Origin: Nitrospinales bacterium
GTDB taxonomy: Bacteria > Nitrospinota > Nitrospinia > Nitrospinales > VA-1
Reading direction: 5' to 3'
NCBI GenBank assembly: GCA_965223345.1
Contig: CBDCWG010000012.1
Span: 256,001 to 320,000, forward strand
Length of the DNA: 64,000 nt
Numbering within the stretch: position 1 is the first letter of the stretch; each line of letters starts with the position of its first letter. Below the pieces are notes generated by a model, which worked only from the letters and a program-made list of their open reading frames with translations, was not told the DNA's origin and did not search any database. Positions 21,027 through 29,316 of this stretch are shown here, piece by piece. A program made the position numbers and the translations under genes.

Positions 21027-24000
21027 TCAGTTCGTGTCTTCGGAAGGCAGGGTAAGGATGTATTCGGGCGTCTGCAGAATACCCTGGAAAATGCCGGTGA
21101 CTTTTTTGGTGAGGGAGGTGAAGGGAATGGGCCGGATGTTGGGATCGTCGAACCGGCCTTTGACGGTGAAATAGGTTTTCACCAGGCTCTGTTCGTCGCC
21201 GCCGGTGATGATCTTTCCGACCACGGGGATTTTGGTGAGGATTTTATCGAGGTCCGCAAGCGGCGCGACGCCCAGCACCGCGTCGATTTCGTTGCGGTCG
21301 AGATCGAACTTGCCCACCAGGGAGCTGCGGCGCGTCTCGTCTTCGTAGATGAAGTTCTCGGTCTGGGCGATGCCTTCGGACAGGGTGAACCGGCCGGCGA
21401 TCTGCTCGTAGCGGGTGGGGCCGTTGTCGGTGTCCTCTTCGGTCACTTTTTTCAACGAGCCGAACAGGCGCAGGAAACCGAGTTTGAGGCGCGGGTAATC
21501 GAGCTGGCCGTCCCGGAAATCGAACGCCAGCTTGGCCACCAGGGACTTGCCCACTTCGGACCAGCCTTTGCCCTGCCCTTTGACGCGGATGTCGAGGGTT
21601 TTCATCTGCCCGGTCAAGGCCTCATCGAAGGTGTCGCCGAACAGCTCGAAAAAATGCCGGGCGGGAATTTCCTTGGCCCGCAGCAGTCCCCTGAATTGCG
21701 CCTGGTCCGGGTTCTCAAATTCCATCACTCCGCGCCCCTGGATCCGGCTGGGCTTGCCGAAATCCAGCCGCTGGATGTTCAGTTTTTTATCTTCGACGGC
21801 GATATCGCCCGAAACGGCTTTCAGGTTGAGGACGCGGTAGTCCAGGGTGTCGAGATCGAAGGCGATGCGGCAGGCACCTTTGCTGAACAAAGTGACGTCG
21901 TCGAGGAAGGTCGCCAGGGTGCCGCCCTCGCCGGTCTCGGGCAGCAACTCGTCCAGAATCAGATCCTGTCCCTGAATCTTCAAATCCAGTTTCGGCTGCG
22001 TCCCCTGCTGGTAGATCGCGTTGAACCGCAACCGGGTGCGGTCCGACTCCAGCTTGCCCTGCTGCACTTCGAACCGCCCGCCGGAAAACGCCACCTGCGC
22101 GTTGAGAATAAAATCGTGCAGGTTTTTACGGGGAGAAAATCTAAGATCTTTGAGAACGGCGTTTCCGGAAAATTCGACGCTGTCAAAATCCTTGAGACTG
22201 CCTTTGCCGGTGACGTTGAAATCCGCGCTGCCGTCGCGGTTGTCGTGCAACGGCTGCAACACCGGGGCCACCACATAGGTTTTGAAATTCCTGGAATCCA
22301 GAGTCACGGTGAAACGCTGACTGTCCAGGTCGTCGATCTTGCCGCTGCCTTTGATGGAATTGCCGCCCAGTTCGTATTCCAGATCGTCGATGCGGATTCC
22401 CTGTTGCGTGCGATACGTTCCGCGCATGTGGAATTCGTTGAAGAAATTCTCCTGCTTGAAGAACGTGTCGCCGTAGCGGTAACCGGCCTGAGACAGATCC
22501 AGGCGGTGGTCGAACCGGAACGCTTCGGAGGTGCCGTCGAGCTTGAGCGTGGTCTCGGCGCTGCCGGTGAATTTCAGGTCGCCCAGAAACGGCAGTCCGG
22601 AAAGGGAGGTGGAAGTCACGTCGGGGGATTTCAGGATCAGGGAGAATTGCAGTCCCTGTTTCGTCTCGGGACCGAGGTCGCCTTCCACATGAAAACGGGC
22701 GCCGCCGTAGAGCCCTTCGATGTTGGTGAGCTTCAACCGGTCCTCGCCGAATTCCAGGCCGCCGGTCAGCTCGGTCACCGGCAGCGGCCCATCGCGGGGC
22801 TGCACCGCCAGATTCAACAGGGTGATCTTTCCCCATTCTTTCATCCCATCGGGCAACTGCGGGTTTCCGTATTCGTTGAAATTCACCTCCACGCCTCCCT
22901 GGGTGAAGTCCAGGTCCTCGTGCAGGGAGTCGAAAGGTTCGGACAGTTCCAGGTCGGCGACCACTTTCGGAAGCTGCTGGGCATGGATGCGAAAAATTCC
23001 ATTGGCGGACTTGAGCGGGATTCCCTTTTTCAGAAAGATTTTTCCTTCCATATTGGAAAAGGAACTGGAACCGAATTTCCCCGAAAAACCTTCATAGTGC
23101 AGCAGGAGAAACTCGGTTTTGCGCTTGATCACCCGGTCGGGCAGCTGGTTGAAGTGGATGATGCCGGTCACGTTCTCGAGCCGCGGGCCGATGGTTTTGT
23201 CGTTTAAGGAAACGTTGTCGAGAAACAGGTCCGCCTTGATGGAAAGATCTTCGCTCCGTTCCAGCGGACCGGAAAGGCGCATGAGAAATTTTCCGGAGCC
23301 GCGAAAATCGCTGTAGTCGCTGAGGTACTCCTGCGACTCCGGGTCGTCGCCGATCAGCTTCAATAAAATGCGGTGGAATTTGCGCATGTCCACCGCGGTT
23401 TCAATGGAAAGATCGGCGACCGGGTTGAAGATCAGGTTGCGGATGGTCCCCTGGATGCTGGAAATCGCCTGATTCTCATAGATGGCGCCATCGACCTTGA
23501 ACGTGCTGATGCCCGATTCGACGCGCACGGAGCCGGTGACTTTCTTGAAAGGGAACAACGGTTCCTGCCAGTCCATGTTTTCCATGAACACGTGCGCCGA
23601 ATAGAGCTTGTGGTTTTCGGCCTGGTCGAGATTCTTGAGCTGGCTCAGGGTGCCGGCGAACTGGATGGATTCGATCTTGATGTTGCCGTTGCGGAACCGC
23701 TTCTGCACGCGTTGGTGATACCCTTCGGGCAGGATGTGCAGCGGCAGGTAGTTGCGCGTCTTGTTGATGGGAAAACTGCTGGTGGAAAACTTGAGCGTGA
23801 TGGAAGGGTCTTTGCTCTGAAAAGCCGACAGAATGCCCATGCCGGTGAACGCAAACTCTCCGGTTTCCATCCGCACTTCCTGGACTTCGAAACGGTCGCG
23901 GTTCATGCGCACGCTGTAATCGAGGGTTCCCCTGGGCGGAAACTGGATGCTGGCGGCCTTCGCGCTTTTACGGCTCTGATCGAGAAGGTATTCAAACTTT

Positions 24001-24845
24001 CCTGCGGTCTGCAATCCTTCCTGCAAGCCGCCGGAAAACCCCGACTCGAAAGACACCCGCGCTTCCTTGAAGCTTTCCGGAATCCAGCGCTTGAGGTAGG
24101 GTTGAAATTTTTCCACTTCAAGATTGAGGATTTCCGCGACGCCTTCCACGGAAAGATCGGCGATGTTGCGATTTTTGAGTGTCGTGTCCACACTGCCGGA
24201 CAGGTTGAACATCGCGGGCGTGACCTTGCCGGGAAGCGCTCCTTCAAAGCGGAACTCAAACGGGATCTGCAATATTTTCTTGCGCAGCAGAATGTAGATG
24301 TCCTGCACCACGATCGGTTCGGGGTCGGGCTCCTCGCTCATCTTGTAATCGTAAAACCGGACCGTCCCGCCTTTCACCTCCACCCGCCGCATGAATTTGG
24401 CGTTGAGGATCTTGAGCAGGCCTTCGCCGGAATCGTTCGCCGCCTTTTCTCCTCCCAGACTGATGTTGAATTCACCCGCTTCATCGCGGATCAGTTGAAT
24501 GGAGGCCCCTTCGATCACGATTTTTTTCAGTTCCACGTTCTGCCTGAGCAGCGGCCAGAGCTTGATGACCATCCACAGTTTTTTGGCGAAGAACCGGGGT
24601 TCGCCCTGATGAAAACCGCCGATGCGCACGTCCTGGATCTGCACGCGGATGCCCTTGGTGAAGCTCATGTCCGCGGAACGGATGGACACTTCCCGTCCGG
24701 TCATGCGTTCCAGCCGCTCGATGGCGACCTTCTTGATATTCTCGATATCGCTCAGCTGAAAATAAAACATCGTGCCGATGGCCAACGCGGCCACGAGCAG
24801 CGTCGCCACCGAATACAAAGCGATCTTTTTTTTCGAGACGGCCAT
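21027..24845 (-). CDS. AsmA-like protein with YhdP-like C-terminus (1272 aa)
   Basis: N-terminal TM helix; C-terminal ...LTKIPVVGKII...YFTVKGRFDDPNI. Confidence 0.8.
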   Translation of the reverse strand: MAVSKKKIALYSVATLLVAALAIGTMFYFQLSDIENIKKVAIERLERMTGREVSIRSADMSFTKGIRVQIQDVRIGGFHQGEPRFFAKKLWMVIKLWPLLRQNVELKKIVIEGASIQLIRDEAGEFNISLGGEKAANDSGEGLLKILNAKFMRRVEVKGGTVRFYDYKMSEEPDPEPIVVQDIYILLRKKILQIPFEFRFEGALPGKVTPAMFNLSGSVDTTLKNRNIADLSVEGVAEILNLEVEKFQPYLKRWIPESFKEARVSFESGFSGGLQEGLQTAGKFEYLLDQSRKSAKAASIQFPPRGTLDYSVRMNRDRFEVQEVRMETGEFAFTGMGILSAFQSKDPSITLKFSTSSFPINKTRNYLPLHILPEGYHQRVQKRFRNGNIKIESIQFAGTLSQLKNLDQAENHKLYSAHVFMENMDWQEPLFPFKKVTGSVRVESGISTFKVDGAIYENQAISSIQGTIRNLIFNPVADLSIETAVDMRKFHRILLKLIGDDPESQEYLSDYSDFRGSGKFLMRLSGPLERSEDLSIKADLFLDNVSLNDKTIGPRLENVTGIIHFNQLPDRVIKRKTEFLLLHYEGFSGKFGSSSFSNMEGKIFLKKGIPLKSANGIFRIHAQQLPKVVADLELSEPFDSLHEDLDFTQGGVEVNFNEYGNPQLPDGMKEWGKITLLNLAVQPRDGPLPVTELTGGLEFGEDRLKLTNIEGLYGGARFHVEGDLGPETKQGLQFSLILKSPDVTSTSLSGLPFLGDLKFTGSAETTLKLDGTSEAFRFDHRLDLSQAGYRYGDTFFKQENFFNEFHMRGTYRTQQGIRIDDLEYELGGNSIKGSGKIDDLDSQRFTVTLDSRNFKTYVVAPVLQPLHDNRDGSADFNVTGKGSLKDFDSVEFSGNAVLKDLRFSPRKNLHDFILNAQVAFSGGRFEVQQGKLESDRTRLRFNAIYQQGTQPKLDLKIQGQDLILDELLPETGEGGTLATFLDDVTLFSKGACRIAFDLDTLDYRVLNLKAVSGDIAVEDKKLNIQRLDFGKPSRIQGRGVMEFENPDQAQFRGLLRAKEIPARHFFELFGDTFDEALTGQMKTLDIRVKGQGKGWSEVGKSLVAKLAFDFRDGQLDYPRLKLGFLRLFGSLKKVTEEDTDNGPTRYEQIAGRFTLSEGIAQTENFIYEDETRRSSLVGKFDLDRNEIDAVLGVAPLADLDKILTKIPVVGKIITGGDEQSLVKTYFTVKGRFDDPNIRPIPFTSLTKKVTGIFQGILQTPEYILTLPSEDTN

Positions 24846-25086
24846 GGAATTTAACGGGAACGAATCCGAAACAGGTTAGAATGGGTCGGAAAATTCAACC
24901 CTCAGGGTCCGTGAAAACATGCGTGACTGTCCCGGGATGTTTGCGGGAGGAAATACCGGTTCTGGATTTGGCCCCTGTGTTGCGGGCTTCCTTTCCGGTT
25001 TGCGGGCGTTTCCGGGATGCGGCCCGCCGTTCTCTCAGTTTCGCCTGCCCAAACAGGCGCGGGCTTCATCTGGCTGAAAGGCCGCC

Positions 25087-25860
25087 ATGCGTGATAAAAA
25101 ACAACAGCTGATCTTCGGGATCCACCCCGTCACGAAAGCGCTCAAAAACAACCAGCGCGAGTGCTATAAAATCGTCGTCAAAGAAGGCGCTTCCAATTCC
25201 CGGATCGGTGCGGTGCTCCCTCTGGCGAAAGCCAGGAAGGTGAGGGTGGAAACGCTCCCGGCGGCGGCATTCAACGAGAAATACCGCGCGCATGTCCATC
25301 AAAGTATTATAGGCTATTTTTCCGAAAAAGAATCGCTGGATGTGGCCGATCTCATCGAGCGGGCGTTGAGCCGCGAGCCCGCGCCCACGCTGGTTCTGCT
25401 GGATGAAATCCAGGATCCGCAGAACCTCGGGGCGATCCTCCGCTCCGCCGAAGCGCTGGGAATTCAAGGCATCGTCCTGCCCAGGCGCCGCAGCGCGCCG
25501 CTCAACGAGTCCGCCGCGAAAACCTCGGCGGGCGCGATCGAGCATCTGGACTGCGCCACGGTTTCCAACCTGACGCATGCGGTGGATCTGTTGAAAAAGG
25601 CGGGGTTCTGGATCGTGGGGGTGGATGCGGCCGGCGGCACGCCCTGCCACGCGTTTTCTTTCGACATGCCGCACGCGCTCATCATCGGCGGGGAGGCCAA
25701 GGGGATCCGCCCGCTTTTGCGCAAACGCTGCGATTTTTCCGTGACCATTCCGATGACCGGGGCCACCGAGTCGCTCAACGCGTCGGCGGCGGCGGCGGTG
25801 ATCTTTTACGAAATCCTGCGGCAAAAAAAATCAGCCGAGCCACAACGGGACGCCGACTGA
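25087..25860 (+). CDS. rlmB: 23S rRNA Gm2251 methyltransferase (SPOUT)
   Basis: FGIHPV, LDEIQDPQNLGAILRSA, IPMTGATESLNAS. Confidence 0.9.
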   Translation: MRDKKQQLIFGIHPVTKALKNNQRECYKIVVKEGASNSRIGAVLPLAKARKVRVETLPAAAFNEKYRAHVHQSIIGYFSEKESLDVADLIERALSREPAPTLVLLDEIQDPQNLGAILRSAEALGIQGIVLPRRRSAPLNESAAKTSAGAIEHLDCATVSNLTHAVDLLKKAGFWIVGVDAAGGTPCHAFSFDMPHALIIGGEAKGIRPLLRKRCDFSVTIPMTGATESLNASAAAAVIFYEILRQKKSAEPQRDAD

Positions 25861-25916
25861 CGCCCAACCGGTTTCCGTTTACCGCTCCCACCGTTCGACG
25901 CGGATCGATGCCAATA

Positions 25917-25955
25917 AAAAAAGCGGCCCAACCCGAAGGTTGACACGCCGCTTTT
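25917..25955. terminator. Bidirectional intrinsic terminator between rlmB and rpsU
   Basis: AAAAAGCGGC..CAACC-CGAA-GGTTG..GCCGCTTTTT. Confidence 0.75.
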
Positions 25956-25978
25956 TACCCTGCTGAAAACCGGACCGC

Positions 25979-26179
25979 TCACATGGAGAACGAACGTCTT
26001 CTCCGCATGGCCGCTTTTCGTTTCTTTTTTGCTTCTTTTTGCTTGCGCTTTTTCTTCACGGAAGGTTTTTCATAAAACCTTCTGCGTTTCAGCTCTTTCA
26101 GCAGCCCTTCTTTTGTCATCTGCCGCTTGAGCACTTTCAAAGCTTTTTCGACCTGGTTCTGGTAGACAGTTACTTCCAA
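25979..26179 (-). CDS. rpsU: 30S ribosomal protein bS21 (TTG start)
   Basis: EKALKVLKRQ...RRFYEKPSVKKKRK; GGAGG upstream. Confidence 0.95.
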   Translation of the reverse strand: MEVTVYQNQVEKALKVLKRQMTKEGLLKELKRRRFYEKPSVKKKRKQKEAKKKRKAAMRRRRSFSM

Positions 26180-26329
26180 AAAATATTACCCCCCTCCATC
26201 GTTGGTTAGATTTAATGAATAAAATTCAAAGGTTTTGATCAACCCCGCAAACTCATCAACCCGTTCCCGTAGAACACCCCGGTTTTGCGGCACCGGATTT
26301 TCGCACACTCTGGGAACGGTAAATTCTAG

Positions 26330-26358
26330 ATTATGTCTGGAACCGGACGCAAAGTCAA
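26330..26358 (-). promoter_or_regulatory. sigma70 promoter of rpsU
   Basis: TTGACT-N17-CATAAT on the minus strand. Confidence 0.7.
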
Positions 26359-26476
26359 TCATTTAATCCCGAAAGGCCGTTGTTTTTTCGCGGCGAGCCG
26401 GGGCGGCAGGATTTGGTTTGCCCCCCGGTTTCCTGTATATTTTAGATACGACTCACCCCTTTATTCGAGTGAATGC

Positions 26477-27691
26477 ATGAACCGGTCTCCTGTGCTGCTT
26501 TCGATCAAGATCATCATCGGCACCCTGCTGCTTTTCTGGATTTTGTCCGTCTCGAAGAAAGGCAATGCGGAGGAATTCGCCGTTCCCAACCAGGGATCGC
26601 CCTACATCGACATGCGGCAGGTCGAGACCGGTCAGATCGTGCACGTGCCGACCGGGGTGCGGGTGACCCAGGCGCAGATGATGGACATCCTCTCCAGCGC
26701 CCGCGTCATATATATCGGCGAGACGCACGACAACCTGGAAGCGCACCGGGTGCAGTTGGAGATCATCCGGGCGCTCGCCGAGAAGGGGCCGATCGCCGTG
26801 GGCATGGAGATGTTCCGCGTGGACGCCCAGGATGATCTGGACCGCTGGCACTGGGGTGAGCTGGACGCAGCCGGGTTCAAAAAACTGTTCGGCAGCAACT
26901 GGGGGCCGGGCTACCGGCTGTACCAGCCGATCTTCGATTTTCTCAGGCAGAAATCGATCCCGCTTCTGGGGCTGAAATCGTCGCGGGCGATGGAAGACCA
27001 GCTGCGCGGCAAAGGCAACGCGCCGCGGGCTCTGCCTGAGCTCGACACGTCGGATGCGTTTCACAACGCCTATTCGATGTCGGTTTTCGGCGGCCACGGC
27101 GATCATTCCGAGGCGCTGTCGAGACCCTACCAGATGCTGCTGTTATGGGAAGAGACGATGGCGGAAACGGTGGCGGCGTTCGTCGCCGACCCCGCGCACG
27201 CGCACCAGAAGCTGGTGGTGCTGGCGGGAGGCTTTCACGTGCAATACGGTTTCGGCGTCCCGAAACGCGCGTTCCGCAGGACGCCGCACGCCTATTCCAT
27301 CGTGCTGCCGACGGTCACGGAAATGCCGGTCGAACTGAAGGACCGGGAGATGACGGTGAAGCACGTCTCGATCCCGCTCTACATGGCGGATTTCGCCTGG
27401 AAGCTCGACTACCGCGTGCTGCCGGAAAACAAGATCAAGCTGGGTGTGCGTTTGAAGGAAGAGGAACAGGGCGTGAGCGTGACGCGGGTCAGCGACGCCT
27501 CCAACGCCAGCCGGGCGGGCATTCAGGTCGGCGACGTGCTGATCGCGATGAACGGCGAATCCATCGCCGGCGTGCACGATCTGGTGGATCGCCTCCAGAC
27601 CTTCAACGTGGGTGACAAGACGGTGTTTCTGCTCAAGCGGCAGGGACAGGACCTGGAGCTGGAAGTGCTTCTGCAGGGCGCTTCGCCGTAG
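26477..27691 (+). CDS. ChaN-family (haem-binding uptake-like) protein with C-terminal PDZ domain
   Basis: IYIGETHDN, VGMEMF, WEETMA, LAGGFH; PDZ (AGIQVGDVLIAMNG). Confidence 0.8.
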   Translation: MNRSPVLLSIKIIIGTLLLFWILSVSKKGNAEEFAVPNQGSPYIDMRQVETGQIVHVPTGVRVTQAQMMDILSSARVIYIGETHDNLEAHRVQLEIIRALAEKGPIAVGMEMFRVDAQDDLDRWHWGELDAAGFKKLFGSNWGPGYRLYQPIFDFLRQKSIPLLGLKSSRAMEDQLRGKGNAPRALPELDTSDAFHNAYSMSVFGGHGDHSEALSRPYQMLLLWEETMAETVAAFVADPAHAHQKLVVLAGGFHVQYGFGVPKRAFRRTPHAYSIVLPTVTEMPVELKDREMTVKHVSIPLYMADFAWKLDYRVLPENKIKLGVRLKEEEQGVSVTRVSDASNASRAGIQVGDVLIAMNGESIAGVHDLVDRLQTFNVGDKTVFLLKRQGQDLELEVLLQGASP

Positions 27692-27706
27692 CCCCCTCCG
27701 ACCGGG

Positions 27707-28480
27707 TCAGACCGCAGCGACGGTTTTCAACGAATCGATCAGCGACTGCATTTCGTTGTCGCCGGTCAGCTTGAGAAAAATTTCTTCCAGATCGCCGTGA
27801 TCGTTTTCCGCTTTGCGGCGCATTTCATCCAGCGTACCCGAAGCGATCACCCTGCCTTTTTGAATGATGCCCACCCGGTGGCACATCGCCTCGGCGATCC
27901 CCAAAGAATGGGTGGACATGAACACGGTGGTCTTCTCTTCCCGGCACAGATCCTGAAACAGGTTTTTCACCTGCCTCGCCCCGCGCGGGTCCAGCCCGAC
28001 CATGGGCTCGTCCACCACCACCACCTTGGGGTTGGGAATCAGCGCGCCGGAGATGATGAGCTTCTGCTTCATCCCGTGGGAAAACCCTTCGATCAGTTCG
28101 TTGCCGACTTCAAACAGGTCGAAAAACTCCAGAAACTTGTGCGCCCGCTCGCGGGCGGTGCGGCGGTCCATGCCGTGCAGGTCCGCCACGAATTCCAGAT
28201 ATTCCAGACCGGTGAGCTTTTCGTAGATATAGGGCCGATCGGGAATATAACCGATCATGGCTTTCGCGCGCACGGGGTCTTTGCGGATATCGACGCCGCC
28301 GATCTCGATCGATCCGCTGGTGGGCTTGAGCAGCCCCATCAGCATTTTGATGGTGGTGGTCTTGCCCGCGCCGTTGGGACCGAGAAAACCGAACAGCTGG
28401 CCGGTGGGGATTTCCAGGTTCAACCGGTCCACAGCCACCACCGAGGCGTATTTCTTCACGAGGTCTTTGATGACGATCAC
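27707..28480 (-). CDS. ABC-2-type transporter ATP-binding protein
   Basis: GPNGAGKTT, FSHGMKQ, VVDEP, STH. Confidence 0.93.
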   Translation of the reverse strand: MIVIKDLVKKYASVVAVDRLNLEIPTGQLFGFLGPNGAGKTTTIKMLMGLLKPTSGSIEIGGVDIRKDPVRAKAMIGYIPDRPYIYEKLTGLEYLEFVADLHGMDRRTARERAHKFLEFFDLFEVGNELIEGFSHGMKQKLIISGALIPNPKVVVVDEPMVGLDPRGARQVKNLFQDLCREEKTTVFMSTHSLGIAEAMCHRVGIIQKGRVIASGTLDEMRRKAENDHGDLEEIFLKLTGDNEMQSLIDSLKTVAAV

Positions 28481-28498
28481 GATGCACTCCCTGGATGA

Positions 28499-28771
28499 TT
28501 AGCGTATCTCAAACGCGCGCAGCCCCTGCGGGGCGACGTGATTGCAATCGAGCGTGTCCACCCGGGCCGACGGCGGCCCTTCGCGGCACCATTCTTTGAA
28601 ACGGCGCAGCGCTTCGGGGGTTCCCTCCGCATGGATTTCCACAGCCCCGTCCGCATTGTTTTTGACCCAGCCGGTGAGCCCCAGCTCCCGGGCCTGGGTC
28701 TGTGCGCTGGCGCGATACCACACGCCTTGAACGCGGCCGCGCACGAACAGATGAACCGCTTCGGTTTCCAT
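28499..28771 (-). CDS. acyP: Acylphosphatase
   Basis: GRVQGVWYR, GWVKN, GPPSARV. Confidence 0.93.
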   Translation of the reverse strand: METEAVHLFVRGRVQGVWYRASAQTQARELGLTGWVKNNADGAVEIHAEGTPEALRRFKEWCREGPPSARVDTLDCNHVAPQGLRAFEIR

Positions 28772-28773
28772 GG

Positions 28774-29022
28774 TCAGCCCTTGCGGTTCGCTTCCTCGAA
28801 CAGGTGCTGCACTTCCCGGTACACCTCGAACTTGGAGCCGTCGCCGATCTTCGCGCCGAACTTGCCCAGATCCCGCATGATGCGCTGAAACTCGGAGGTG
28901 CTGCCGGAAAAATTTTCGATCAGCGGCCGAAAATAGGCCTGCTCGTCGGCATCGAGCCGCTCGCAGATGGTCCGCAGACGAATTTTCAGGGGTTCGAAAT
29001 CTTTCTCCATAGGTATTTCCAT
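28774..29022 (-). CDS. Small hypothetical protein (start 29022 or 29010)
   Basis: Protein-like composition; 2 nt from the acyP start on the same strand. Confidence 0.6.
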   Translation of the reverse strand: MEIPMEKDFEPLKIRLRTICERLDADEQAYFRPLIENFSGSTSEFQRIMRDLGKFGAKIGDGSKFEVYREVQHLFEEANRKG

Positions 29023-29316
29023 ATTAACGGCGCTCTGGCCGGTTTGCAAGCCGCAGGCCCCTCATCCCACCCGTGTTGTTCAAATAGCAACCGGTTTTTC
29101 AACCTGTTTCGCCGGCAACGCGCCCGGCCGCCGGCACCCGGATAAAAGGGGTAAACGCTTTGAATGCAATTACTTATCATTATCTGGAAAGTATATGTTA
29201 GAATAATAGCCATCCCCTTGAAATATAACTGTTAACAAAATTCACGCTTTTGACCGGGTCTCGGAATTTCTCCCCAGGGGATCGATCGGGGAATCGCCCG
29301 CCATTCACAATCGCTC

